Shown here: piece by piece, positions 49,429-62,170 of the stretch | Position numbering within the stretch: position 1 is the first letter of the stretch | Layout of the letters: each line of letters opens with the position of its first letter | Assembly: GCA_036172245.1 (NCBI GenBank) | Contig: JAYWIR010000052.1 | Coordinates: 744,001-808,000, forward strand | DNA length: 64,000 nt | Origin: Raillietiella orientalis | Lineage: Eukaryota | Reading direction: 5' to 3' | Program-made: the position numbers and the translations under genes | Notes under the pieces: model-generated | Seen by the model: only the letters and a program-made list of their open reading frames with translations | Told to the model about the DNA's origin: nothing | The model's database searches: none

Positions 49429-49857
49429 TTGAGCGGGCTTGGAGGCGAAAGAGAGAGAGGCTCCACCCTGTGCGCGCGCGAGAGGGAAGTGGCGTGCGGT
49501 GAGCGGCAGCAGGAAGTTCGCTGCATCCCTGGTGGCAAGCAATCCCTGGACCGTCCTCGGACTGTCCATGGAGGACGGCGAGAGTCCGGCTCAACGGAGG
49601 TGACGCTGGACGTACCCTCCCCCCAAAAGAACAGTGCGAGGGGCCAGAATACAAGTTTTGGGGACTCCACACGTTTGGTACACACGAGGGGAGGAAGATG
49701 ATGTCATCAGGGGACGATCCGATGCGAGGCAGCAGGCGAAACGGGCCGAGAGGGCGGCATCGCGCTTCCGGGCGTTTTCTGTCCAGCGACGGTTCGCGGG
49801 GACTGTGCTCGGCCGAACGGTTCAGCGCTTGCAGCGACGGCGCATGCGCGCGCGGGG
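49429..49857 (+). repeat. Copy 1 of a ~430-bp repeat; inverted copy at 63519-63948; possibly an RT-thumb remnant
   Basis: Nearly identical translations in the ORF track (49698..49889+ vs 63355..63678-) and direct nucleotide match; EYKFWG resembles YKYLG only weakly. Confidence 0.9.
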
Positions 49858-51254
49858 TGCACCTGGTGTTCCAAGATCCGTTGAAATGAAAAAGGCCTGC
49901 TGCTCCGAGGAGTGCCAGTCGGTCTTCCTTTGCATCTTTCCGTGGTTTCCGCTCAGCTTCCCGCCGTTGGAAGGCCGGGTCGAACTGCCCCTTCCCCCCC
50001 TTAGATCTGGAAGCGGTCCCACCGACGACCGGAGCGAGCAGATTCCTCCATGCTTCGATACTGACTTCCCTTCGCTGTCTTCCCGTCGCGCGAAGGAGCC
50101 CCTGCTCCGGGGCAAAGGGCGCGCGCAGTGCGTCGGCAGGGCGGACAGGGTTGCGTTCCTCCTTTCCTGAAGACCCGAAGGAGAAACGACGGGAAGCGAA
50201 AAGCAAGATGGCGTTCCCTAGAAACGAACCTCGTCGCATCGCCGGATGGAAACAGGGGCCAGGCAGACAGCAAGGCGGACGAAATGGTGTTGGTAATTGT
50301 CACAGTGACGACGCAGGCAGAGGGAAGGGACTTAAGATCTCACGCTTGTTTCGGAATGCGCGAGCGCTGGCACCATGTGGGATCCATTCGGCTGACTGCG
50401 TGCCGTAACGGAGGCGTCTCAGGGATCGCCATGGACGCCGCCGTTAGTGGTGGATGCTGCATGCATGCAGAGTATGTCCGACACGTGTGTTTTGCAGTTC
50501 TCGAGGCTTTGTGGTGCTGCTGTGAAATCGATAAATGGGCTCAGCATATCGGTGCAGCGCCGGTCTGATGGCAGCGCTCTGTCCAGAAGTGTCGCATGTC
50601 CATGAAAGGAGATAGCGGAACTCGAGCAACGCACAGGGGGAGAGAGAGAGGCAGGAGGGAGGGGGGTGCAAAGAGGAGGGGGAATTTCCAGCCCTTAAAA
50701 CAAAGAGAAGAATGGCTGGGCTTGGGTTTTTGTGGATTTTGATAACCCACGTGAGCAGGGACCACGGTTTTCTTGACCAATGGCGTCACGAGGCTATCGG
50801 AACCAATACTCTGTTTACACTAGATATCCTCGACGCACAACACAGGCGGAATCTTCGACCACGAAAGCAAAAAAAAAGAGTGCAGTTGCAATAAAGAAGT
50901 ATCTTAACAGAGTCATCGATGGCTTTATTCCGGGCGTTCTTCCAAGTGTCCCTAGGCATTGCTCCCGAAGACGTTCAAGAGACGAATCGTCGCCGTTGCG
51001 CACTCCTACCGGTGGCTTCTTGGACGGGCTGTGCGTGTGCGGAATCGCACACGGCACACTGCACTCTGGAGGCTGGATTGGCTCCACCTTGTGGTGCAGC
51101 CAAGAGAGGAAGTGCTGCCGGTTCGCCACGGGACGGCGAGCTTCAGCTTCAGGCGAGGGTTCAAAGAAAAGGAGAGTTTTCAGTCCTTATTGAGGTAGCA
51201 CTTGGAAATTGGAGGTTGTCCGCGCCACTCGGGAGTGCGTGCAGCTCTTCAGGT

Positions 51255-51830
51255 CATAGGGGGGTAACCCCGGGAGTTGACCATCCTATGGATCCAGGAA
51301 GGACTCCGGTGGAAGGAGTTTGTTCCTCTCACGCTGGTTAGGGAAAGCCCCCTGGTTGTCTCCAGAGGGAACTCCAAAAGGAACCTGCTCCTTACTTTCT
51401 CCGGAGGGACCCCCCGAAAGGGAGGATCCTCTCCCTGTTTCCACCTTTGGAGAAAACCGCGAAGGGACGCTCCCAAATTTCCCTGAAGTGAGCTCTTTGA
51501 AAGGAGCAGCGCGCGCTCCTTGCACTCTGGAGAGGGCTCTCCCTTGGAGGGAGGTATCAACCAGCCTCATGGTACGCTATGGAAAGCTCCATTTGAACCA
51601 CTGGATGGGAGTCCCTAAGGGCTCTTCGACATCCTGGAAGGACCCCGGAAGATGGACTTTGAATCCTGGCAAGTCATCAGGAGCATCCAGGGGTTTCCGC
51701 CTTACACCAGTGCCGCACCCAAATGGGCCAACCAGAGTCGTCCTGCGAGAGCGGGGATTCGAACCCACGCCTCCTGGAGCCGCGCACGGGGACCGCCGCA
51801 GCCTCACAGTGGCCGCCAACGCGGGTCGCG
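51255..51830 (-). mobile_element. Divergent copy of the tRNA-headed hairpin-array SINE-like family
   Basis: Minus-strand GTGGGTTCGAATCCCC B-box at ~51752-51767, then GGGTCCTTCCAGGATGTCGAAGAG and about 3 twin-hairpin units, in the same order as in 30863-31736. Confidence 0.75.
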
Positions 51831-52338
51831 TGGCTACTGTTGAGGTAGCAAGGATGCAGCAGGCATTCCACGGCTCGTTGTAAGCAGGAAAATTTTTTCT
51901 TCCAATGGAACCAAGAGGTCCCTGGAACGCTGCAGATGGCGCCGGGAGATGGCAGCTCCTTCCGGCTCGTGCAGGCGTTTTGAAACGGATGGACACGGAG
52001 GCGATCTTTCTGGATTTTCCTGGCCCCGGGACGCTCCGGCTGGCGAAGTGGGCTGTGCTAAAACCTGGTAATCCTGCTCGATGACCCGAGAGTAGTCACC
52101 AGTGCCGGGGGGATGCCGGACTCGCGCCTTCTGTGGAGTTCATCCATCGCATGTCGCAGCGATCGACGCAGTGGACGCAACCCTCGAGCGAACTCTGTCG
52201 CCAGGAGCAGCTAGTCTTGCCGGGGCAGAAGGCATCGCCACGAGGTCTTCAGGATCTCCGGGGCTCAGCGAGGATCGAAGCGTTTCAGATCTTTTCCAGA
52301 ACTTTCTGGTGCTGCCCCTCGGAGGTGCAGACTGAAGG

Positions 52339-53243
52339 CACAGGAATGAAGGTGCAAGATTGTTCAACATCACATGAGTCAAGGGAAAAAGACATGGGCG
52401 TATGGGTATGGGCATGCATCACGCTTCAAGCTTTTTCCATCCTAATGGATTCCACCTAAGATTCCAGGATCACGGGATCATTCGTGCTGCAAGGCGAAAC
52501 TTATTGCCAATCAACTCTGGGCCGACCAGAAAACCAGGAGAACGTATATGTTGGCGTTGAGGGACAGAGGATGAAATGCTGCAAGAAACACGTTCCTCTA
52601 ACGATGGCACGCCACGACGAGATTCGAGAAGTAATCAGGAAGGCAACAGTGGATGAAGCAAAGTGGAGTCTCATGTCGAGAAACCAGAGAGTGCCAGGAA
52701 GAACTTCCACCCTAAAACCGGATCTGGTCATACAAGAAGGGAACCGGATATGTGTGCTAGACGTCTGCTGCCCATACGAAAATGGAAAGGAGGCGTTCGG
52801 CACAACCAGGAAGAAAAAAGAAGAAAAATACAACTGGGAAACAACTGGCGAATGCAACTGGGAAGTGGTGAAAAGCAAAGCAAAGTACACGCGTTCATCG
52901 TCGGCTCTCTGGGACCCTGGTAGCGAGGAAGTATCACAGCAAATAGGAATACCAAAAAAGGAGCTGGTGGAACTGAGGCACCGGATGGTGGCTACTTGTA
53001 TCCGGTACTCAAGTGATACATATGCAACCCACGTCAGAAGGAAAACCGATAACTAGCCGGAAAATCCAGACAATCTTCTCCCACCGGAGAAAATGGAGCA
53101 AGCGGAGGAAGCACCGTAAAGATGGGGATAAGGGAACCCAAAGTGAGAGAACAACAACTGCGGAAGATTGTCCAGAGCCCCCTGAAAATAAGTTATGTAA
53201 TTGCACACAACAAAACCATAAAGTTTCTATTTTTGAAGATGCG
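52339..53243 (+). mobile_element. 5'-truncated NeSL/Utopia-like (R2-group) non-LTR retrotransposon: zinc knuckle remnant plus restriction-like endonuclease
   Basis: LRFQDHGIIRAARRNLLPINS...CWR*GTEDE in one frame, then ARHDEI...KPDLVI...VLDVCCPYENGKEAF..RKKKEEKY, and FIVGSLGPW in a shifted frame. Possible TSD AGACTGAAGG at 52329-52338 and 53244-53253. Confidence 0.88.
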
Positions 53244-54999
53244 AGACTGAAGGTGCAGAAATGCGTTTGTTGGTTCAAGAGGTGCAGGCGAAGGATCTTT
53301 TTTCCTCCCCCTTTTTTTTCTTTTTTCGAAAATGCTACACCTGTGATCCGTGCCCAGTGCCCTTGCTCATCTGTATCCGTAGGGGAGGCAGGATTCTCTC
53401 CTGGCAGCTCAAGAAGGGGTTAGGTCTTGTTTGGAGAGAGGACACCCACCGCCGCATGCTTGCCGCCGCCACCACCACCACGGAGACAGCCGCGTGCGAT
53501 CCGTTTCCTCTGAGGTGCCCACGCGCAGCCGCTCGCGAGGGAGGATCTTCGTGCCTTCGAGCGCGGAGGACGTTGCGGACGCTCTTTGGGTTGCTTCTTC
53601 CTGGAAGAAGGGTGAGGGACCGGCTCCGGAGGAGCGGGCAACGCGTCCCGCAGTCGAAGCCGGGTCACGTGATCCTTCGTCCCTGCAGCGTCGCTCCTGG
53701 GGGCAGATTCCTCCCTACGTCGACAACGAGCGATCAGCCGGGAGGCCTCCGTTGCGTGCGCGCGAAACACGACTCCGAAAAATGAGGCCTCCGTCCTGAA
53801 TGAATGCCCAGAAGCGGCGTGCAATTATGCATTCTCATGCAGATATTGGGATCCTGACGCGGGAAGAGGCGAAGCCGACTCTTGCGGCTCCCCTTCGAGC
53901 GAATCGCCCCCGTGCGGGCCTGTCGCCGTGGTTCCCGAGGCAGCCCTCACCAGACGTGGGGAAACGCAAGCGTTCCCTCGCGGATCCAAGACTTCGCAGA
54001 AACAGAGCGAGCACCGAAAGGTCAGAGAGAAGATCTCAAAAAAAAAAAAAAAAGAAAAGAAAGAATGACATACACACACAAAACAAAAAAAAACAAAAAA
54101 AAATGTGGCTCGGTGTGTTCCAAAAATGCAAAGCCGTTATTAGGAGCGAGGTCTTTCGAAAGGCGTAAAACTGGAAACTCCTGAGGAAAATGGAAGCTTC
54201 CGTCGTCTACCCGAGCTCCAAGGCAGAGGAGGACCAGCCCCTGAAATGGCACGATGGCCGGGGTACGCACCGAAGCAGCGCCTCGCCTTCGTCTTTCCAT
54301 CCCGCGGGAAGCGAATCCACTCAGAAGGAGCATTTCCGCCGAGGCTTCTCGAGTAGGCGGCTGCCCAGCAGGCAACTGCTCCTCTTTTTTTAGAAGAAAA
54401 ACAAGATTTTCCCTTCGTCCTTTCCTTCCTTTCCTTTCGTTCCCTTTTCGAAGAAAAAAAAAAGAAAGAAAGAACAAGGTAGGTAGGGATTCGGGAAATG
54501 AGGGCGCTGGATTTGCTGTCGTTGGCCACTCTGGCGAAGTCACTGAGTGGCAGGAAATCCGCCTGTCCTTCTGGACCGAGGCGACTATTTGCCGTAGTTG
54601 GCACCCGCCGTCGGGGCAACTCTCGGTCGGTGTCCATGCGCGAGGAATGGCACCAAGTCCCTCGGCGCCGGCAGCTCGCTTGACCAGGAGTCCAGCGCCT
54701 TAGTTTTGGACCACCTGTTGATGGTCCAGAACTTGGCCGCTAGGAGATCTGGCTTCTGGGCTGGCGACCAGGCAGCGGACTGCGGCGGCGGTCACTCGCC
54801 GCGGCTCCAGCTTTGCTCCAGCCACGTTCCCTGGACCGCGGTCGGTAATTCAGTTGCAACAAATCGCTAGCAACAGTCTGTCGCGAAAATTTTTCGTTTC
54901 CTCTCAGTAGCTCGAAGGGAAAGAACAGAGGGAACGCTCTTTCGCGCTGCTGGGAAGGCACCGTGCTGTCTCATCGGGAGGACGGGGATTCGCGTCTGG

Positions 55000-56215
55000 A
55001 CCACTCTCTGCTCCCACCAAGAACCTTCACTTCCTTTGCTGAAATCTTCTTGTAGTCTTAAGCACGCCGCAAAGGGGTGGGAACGGAACGCAACGCGCCC
55101 CGCCAACTGTAGTGCCTGGAAACAGGGAAGGATTCGGGCGTGGGTGGGAAGAAACGGCCGGAGCCATCCCAATGCCTGCGATTCCCGGATGATGCTCGCC
55201 GCCCGTTGCAGGAGATCGTGGACTGTCCAAGGAACTCAACGTCCCTCTCTCAGCCACGCCCAACGCAACGCGACAAAGTGGGCATGGCGATGGCCTTGAG
55301 AAACGGGAAGTATCCTACGAGATGGCGGGAAGAAGCAGCAGTTGGGATGCTGGACGGCGCGTCAACTGGCTGACTCTTCCACTCCCGCTGCCTTCCCCAG
55401 AGGAATTCTCCGCTGGGCGGAGCTCCTGGACATTCCTCCCGGAAAGGCAGAATTTGCCCCTAGTGTTCGTGAACAGCCCCACGCTGACCCTGGAGTGCCG
55501 GGACTCGGCATGGCATTTGTTGCGACCTCAGGCAGCGTGCGAGTCCACCGGTGGACGAGGGGCAATGAACGTGTGTCGGCAGGAACGGGAAACCTCCCTG
55601 CACTTATTAGATTGCGTTGCCTTCCTGAGTGTCTGGGAGCGCGTCTCTGAGACCCCCCAACTCCCCATGGACGACGGCATGGGGATCTTACGGCGTCTCT
55701 TCGAGCGCGCGACTCGACGTCGCCTGCGGCTTCCTTCGCAGCCCTGCGCTCCCTCCGTGGGTTTGTGGCGGCGAGAAGCCGCGCCGAAAGAGGCCGGTCG
55801 AGCGGTGACGTCATCGCAATCGTCTGCCTCCTTCGTGAGGAAGGCGACAAGACGACCGCATCTCTGCCAAGACAAAGGGGCGAAGTCGCCAACATCCTCC
55901 AGAGGATGCCGAGGACGTCAGGAAGAAATCTGTAGCCCCTTCCCCCCCCTCCCCGCCATCAACATACTTTTAAACTGAACTTTTGTGTGTTTTTTTCTTT
56001 TGTTTTCGTTTACCCCCTCCCCACCTCTTTAGTGCGGGCATCATCGTGGGAGCTGCTCGCGAGAAACAGCGCCTCCGGGACATTTCCTTTCGTAGCGGTG
56101 CTGCTGAGAAACCACCACGAAGAAAAAGCCTTTTTTCTTAATATCAGATGTGACCGTTTTTTTTTGTGCGTGTGTAAATATTTTTCACAATCAACGTCCT
56201 GGCGTGACCTGGTGA
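55000..56215 (+). mobile_element. Old 3' fragment of the L1/Tx1-like LINE
   Basis: GCWTARQLADSSTPAAFPRGILRWAELLD matches GWTMGELADTMTPGVQPRGLTRWGELLG; ETSLHLLDCVAFLSVWER; terminal AATCAACGTCCTGGCGTGACCTGGTG. Confidence 0.8.
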
Positions 56216-56439
56216 AAATACCCTCCCTTCACCTCCCCTGTTCCTCCTTCCTTCTGCTGCGTGCTCACCCACGCTCCCTGATGACTGATCCGATTTTTGT
56301 TCCGGTTGTCATCTCACAAGTCACCCGCAGACCGGAGTCGAGGCGCGAACCAGGAGGAGGTGATCGATGATCCCGTTTGGAGTCCCCAACCGTTCGGGAA
56401 GCAGCCGCAAGCGAGGAGCTGCCGCGTTTTTTTTTTTGT

Positions 56440-56860
56440 TTTCGAACAAGCGCGCAACAGCGCGACACTTCCGTTCCTCATCCCCTTGTTAGCGGGGTAG
56501 CCGTCTGTCTGCAGCCAGGGAATCATCCTCGTTCCCGTTCGTCCCGGCTGCAGGTCCCGCTCCGCCCTGCCCGTTTTCCTGTTCCGCAGATCCGAGGGCG
56601 TCCGAGCCCGCCGGTTGAGGACCGGCTTGAAAGAAGGAGCGACTCCTGCGGCCGGGGGATGTTGCGCATGGACCTCTCCCTCCCTCCGGATGTCAAGCGC
56701 GATCGCATCTCTTTGTCTCGTGCTGCATCAACGAGAGTCCCGGTCTCGGAGCGAATTCGTCGCCTCGGTGACGCGCGCGTTCGCCTGCACACGGCACGTC
56801 TTGCTTTTGCACCCGGTTCGCTCGCGTCTTCCCGCTGCTCCCGAGGCAGGGACGCTGCTG
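56440..56860 (-). pseudogene. Possible degraded APE remnant
   Basis: RVQANARV (xNVRG-like), AAGVAPSFKP (cf. CEVAFFVKP) and TDGYPAN (cf. NVYAP) occur in the expected order. Confidence 0.3.
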
Positions 56861-59797
56861 TCCCAAACCACCCCGTCATGCCTGCGTGAGATTCTTCTCT
56901 GTGCCTCCGGGCGGCCGGGGAACCAGGGCTGGATGCGTAGCGTGGAAATGCATGCAGCTGCCCATGGCACCCCCTGGATTTCTTGGTCCCGATGGGAGGT
57001 CATAGTTCGGGGTCGAGGAGGTAACTGACGAAGGAGGATACTGGGACCTTGCATTTCCAAGGAAAACCCTCCACCCGCTTCCCGCCCGGTGGAGTCTCTC
57101 CCGGGAAGTCCGCGCGGAGTTTACGCTCCTCCTCCCTTTCCCCTGGGGCTTTCCCGTCTCCCAGACTGGAGCCAGTCACGCCGGGGATCCCGGCAGCTGG
57201 AGACCGGCCCTCTCTGTGGAAAATGCGGTTGGCTCAGGGAGAACGACGCTCGGACCACACCTTGCTTTTAATGCACGGGAATGGCGCCTTGGAGTAAAAT
57301 TAATGCTGCTGGTCCCCGTGGGTCGAGGTGCAATTTGGCTCTCTCTTTGTAGTTAGGGAGGAAGGAGATGCAGCAATTCGGGATGATGACGCTTTTCGAG
57401 AGTCCGCGTTCCCTTCGGCGAGCAGTAAATCTTCGACAGGGAGCGTGGATACTGCGATCCCATCTCGGCCGTAGATGCAGCAACAGCAAAAATTTTTCTT
57501 GCGATTTATAGGATGACAGGAAAGATTCCCGTGCATCCTTCATGTAAGGCGAGGAAGCACGAGACGTTTAACCAGATAATCCAGTTATCTTTAAAGGCAG
57601 ATAAATAATCACAGGGAATGTGGTATCCAGGTGTCGAATTTTTGGCTAACCGTTAGACGCGGCGACAAATTTCGTCCTCTTGAATCGCTGCCGCACTCTT
57701 AATTATGAGGTTGACAGGGCAGGAAGTCATTTTGAATTTATTTTTTTTTTTTTGTGAAGAAGAAGAAAAGAAATACGCGATTGCTTCGAGTAGGTATTAA
57801 CACGCACTTTGCTGCTGCACCAATACGGCAAGCCTGCGCACCGAGCGACGACAAAATGGCGACAGTCCTCGCATAACGCGGTCAATCAGCCTCGTGCGAC
57901 GCCGTGGATGAATTTTAATTTTCTGGCGCACTGACAGGTCGGCTGTTTTTAGAAAGAACACGAACGCGTCATCCCAGCTGGTTGCATCCTGCCTCATTCC
58001 CAGTTTCGCGAATAAAACAACGGGAATAAAAATGGCGTTTTCCAGCGATCCGAACGGCACAGCTGACGAGTTGAAGAGTCGGTTAAAGTGATCCGATACG
58101 AGGAAGAATACGGGGGACGCCATTTTGTTTTTGGTTTTTGTTTTGTTATCGTGAGCCAAGAAATTTAGGCGAGACCTTTTAGGTTTTAGAATTTTTCTTC
58201 TTCGAGTGAAATAAAGATTCTGTCGTGGAGACGCATTTTATATCTTTTATGAGTACCGTCACCGTTATTCACGTGTGGCAACAAGTAGGGGCTCGCGTAG
58301 GGGCGAAATCTTTCCTCCGCTTCATTCAACTGCTGCATATTCAATTAATCTCTATTTATTCGAGTATATTTGGATCACACGTTGAGAGTGCATAGCGTTA
58401 TAATTAAATCTCAGAAATAGAGATTCGGATGCTCTTTGACTCGCGTAACGGAAAAGAATCTGCGCAGAGTGCAACCCTGCGCTCGACTTGCTGACCCGGC
58501 TCTCCCTCCAACAGGGCAGCATAGTTCCAGAGTGTCTGGAAGGACCGGCGCGTGCCTTACTTCGACGAGCATCCCTTGTTGCCTGTGAGGGTGTGGCGGA
58601 CTCCAGAGGGAGTTGGGGGCTCCGATTCTCGAAGGGGAGGCCATCACGACAGGTGGCCCTGCTCGCTTTCGCTCCAAGGAGGAGGCAGGCTGCGCGACTC
58701 GATCGTTCGAATCTCCGGCAGGGAGGAGGAGGGGACACACAGGATCCGATCGGGGCGGCTGGCCTGAGGTGGCGGCGCGCGTGAGTCCCGGCACGCGTCG
58801 GGACCACGCCCGCCGCCTCCGACAACTGCGCAGAATGCCGCGCTCTGCGACCTCGCCCAAGAACGGGCGTCATTCGAGGCAGATCAACGACAGGACCTTC
58901 CATCGAAGGCTCTTGAACTCGGCAGCAACACCGCCAGACGTGCCGGACGATCGCTGGGAACGCAGAGCCTTCGTAGAGGGTCAGAGGGAAGGAATGAAGG
59001 CCGGCGGAAAAAGGTTGCGCTTGGTTCAGACGGGAGATGCTCTCGGATGAAACGAGAGGAATCGGCTCATCCAGCTTCCCTCTGCTCCTCACGCAATGAA
59101 TCTCTGCGGCCCCCGCCCCAAGTAACAAAAAAACGTCATTTAAACGAATCTTTGACGGACAGCTGCGAGGTCACAGGCGAAGGAAGGATCAGTGAACACG
59201 AACACTCCATACGAGAGGAATGCACTGCCCGAGCACGAACACTCATGCGAAGGGAACGCACCGCGCGAACACAAAACCTCTCGCGCGCTCCCAGAAATCC
59301 ATCCACTTCCTCCCTCCCTCCCTTCCCCTGGCAACGCGACCGTTGGCAACTCCCTACTTTTTCTTCTGATAATCCTCGATGCTCTCGGGAAGAGAACCGA
59401 TCACACCCGCGCGTCTCTTTCTACTCCGAGTCCCGAGGGACTCCTCCAGGCTCCCACCCACGTCCAGGGATACGTCGGGCTGTTCGGAACGTCCTGCGAG
59501 AGTCATCCCTTCCATCCCTTTATCCTGGCTGATTTCTTCTTCCCTTCGGCGGGTTCTCGCCTCCTGGAAGCTCCGGCGAGGCTTTCTCCTGGTGCTTCCG
59601 TTCGGGTCGAGGGTCGCTGCTCCGTTCGTTCGCCACAGGGAGAAGTGTCGGAAGTGTCCCACAACGCACATCCACGGTAACCTCAGCGGCGGAGGCGGAT
59701 CGGCCAATCAGCAGACAGCAGATGTCTCGTGCGCACCTCTCTTTCGGGGGGAACCACCGAAACCCTCTTTGGCACTGGCAATTCCATTCGCTCCCTT

Positions 59798-60348
59798 CCA
59801 TGCTTGCGACCTGCCGTGACCTAATCCCGACATGCCGCGTTATGAATTTAAAGTCGCGAGATGGAGGCGCAAGAAGCAAGAGTCAGTCACGGAAGCGCGC
59901 CAAGGGAAGAAGGAGGCTGCAGGAGGACCAATCGTTGCTCTCGGCGCGGGGGACCAGCCTCGTTGTTGCAGTCCCTCATTGCCTAATTCCCTCATTCTCA
60001 GCCTGGAGGAGGAGGAGGCGGAAAGAGAGAAATCGGGGCTCTGTCGCCGCTGTCGCTGCCTCGTCCGTCCGTCCGTCCCGCGAATGCTCCGAGGCATCTG
60101 CCTCCTCGTCTCTCTGCCACCGCCCAGCTCGTGCCACGTATTGGCTCTCAGCAGGGTGGCGTCGGCGGTCACACTCCCTCCTGCACTTTGGACACCGCCA
60201 TCGCGTGGTGGCGCACAACGGTGGCAAACTGGAAGAGGTGGGCGTCTCCTTCCGTGTTAATTGCCCGGAGACCAGCGTCTCAGGAGTGAGGCGCCCCGCG
60301 GTGCGCGCCCATCCCTATTGCGAACCCTGCGCGCCCCGGGAGCGCGCG
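59798..60348 (+). repeat. Copy 2 of the ~550-bp near-identical direct repeat (partner 22186-22736)
   Basis: Direct nucleotide match; near-identical ORF translations in the track. Confidence 0.9.
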
Positions 60349-60799
60349 TGGAAGGAAAGTGGTGGAGCTCCCATTCTGAGATGGATGCGTTCCGTGGGTG
60401 TTCCTGCCGCTCGTTCCGATGACCGAGAGGAAGGATCGTTCGGTTCTGCGTGCGATTTCGGAATGCCCTCGGAGAGTTCGTGCCTTTGAGGGTCAGGGGT
60501 TAGATCGTCTGAAACGCAGCTTCGCTTCGAACGCGGCCTCACCGAACCGCTTCTTGCACAAGACTGGACAGCGCAGCACAAGCAGGAGGCCAGGTCGAGC
60601 TTGCCCCTGACGCTGGACGTCAAACGCTGCGCCAGCATCCTGCTGGCCGACGACATCCTCTTCGGGAGGTGAAAAGGAAAAGAATAAATAGTTATTTATG
60701 TGGTCTTCGGGGAAGGTTTCGTGGTACGAGCCTTATAAATGATGTGAGCCGGTTGCTCCTTTCATCTTCCCAAATGGAACCACCTCGTCTACCTCCTGA

Positions 60800-61850
60800 A
60801 TAAGGAGCTCACGACCGAGATGGCGCTCCTGTCGTTCCCTGGTGGCGCAGTGGAGCAGCTGCGCCGATGCTGCCAGATCGCAGGTCACACAGGAGGACAG
60901 TTCACCCCCCTCCTCCGGCGGTGTGGCAGGCCACCTCTCAGGCTGCCGACGCATCCACCTTCCCCTTCCTTCAACGCGGGTGGACGGCAGGCAGGTCCCG
61001 CCAGCTCCAGAGTCGCTCTCACCTCTTTCCCTCCGCGGGGTTCCGGGAACGGACGTCTGCGTCCGACGGAGGGGCCACAGATGACAGCAGCTGCCCGCTT
61101 GGCCCGCGGAAGCCCCTCGACCGGGATCGCCGTCCGTCTGCGTCGAAGACACCCTATTCGCCCCCGGCCTCCTGCCGCTCCTATCGCTCGTAGACGAGAG
61201 GACATGCCGCCACGCATTCCCACGCGCCCGTCTCCGTGGGGGAAGGGAAAGCGAGGGGACGGGTGTTTCGATTTTCCGGTCGCCGGGGCCGGTGCGATAT
61301 CTGCAAGGAGGGCCCGGCAAGGAGAAGACACCGACGCTGGCAACCACAGAGACCGGGAGGGGGAGGGCGTTGGCGGTGAGACATCCATCCTCAAGGGCTG
61401 TCAGCGCCCTCAACCTTTTCAACATCCATCAGGATTTCCCACCTGCCTCTTGGATCTCCGTCTTCCATGCGCCAACCGATGGTTTACGAGGCGACGCTCC
61501 CGGGCTTGACGGGCGTTTTAGGGCTGTGCGGGGGAAAAAAATTTCCCGGGCAGAGGTGATCCCGTCAATCCTCCTGATCGATTGGTCCAGATACCCCCTC
61601 TCCCCATTGCTCCCATCTCTCTCTTCGAATAGCGCGCTCCGAGACTGCAGAAAGAAAGGACGCCGGCTACCTGGCAGCCGCAGGCGCGCTGTGTCTGCAA
61701 GCTGCTCCCGGAAGGCGCGCGCAGGCGGCGATGCCAGAGATCTTCCTCCACTTCCCCCCTTCTCGCGGGACTGCAGGTGCACCACAGCCCTCGGATGGCG
61801 CACATCAACCGGGAAAGCGTTTCGTCCTGCAGCCATCCTCTACAGCCCAC
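60800..61850 (-). pseudogene. Degraded RT remnant, R2/NeSL-like
   Basis: In order across broken frames: QSRSALF...IRRIDGITSAREIF, EDGCLTANAL (DGC.EN-like), ALLADIAPA (LD..KAF-like), RRGV. Confidence 0.4.
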
Positions 61851-61924
61851 CTTCCCCACCTGGGATTTGAAGCCCACTTCCCAGAGCATCCAACACTGGC
61901 GCTCTCGACCAGACTCATCCTCAC

Positions 61925-62170
61925 ACAACCCACCCAAATTAACCTAACCTACCCAACCCAATCCACCCGGCCAAACCTTACCTACTCGAACAAACCTCAT
62001 CCACTCAACCCAACCCAACCCAACTCATCCAACGCAGCCTAACTTGACCTAATCTACCTAACCTTACTTAATTTACCCAATCTGAACTACTCAACCTAAC
62101 CCGCCTGATGAGACCTCACCCACCCAACCTAACTCAACCAAACATACCTGACGTAACCTACCCTTAACTA
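61925..62170. repeat. Degenerate (AACCT)n / (TTAGG)n-like low-complexity tract
   Basis: AACCTAACCTACCCAACCCAATCC...AACCTAACTCAACC; strongly G-depleted on the plus strand. Confidence 0.85.

Noticed and set aside
58560..58860. LLLPAGDSNDRV resembling APE GDFN motif (similar weak hint at 34850-35120)
   Set aside because: Single weak motifs without enough collinear support to call.
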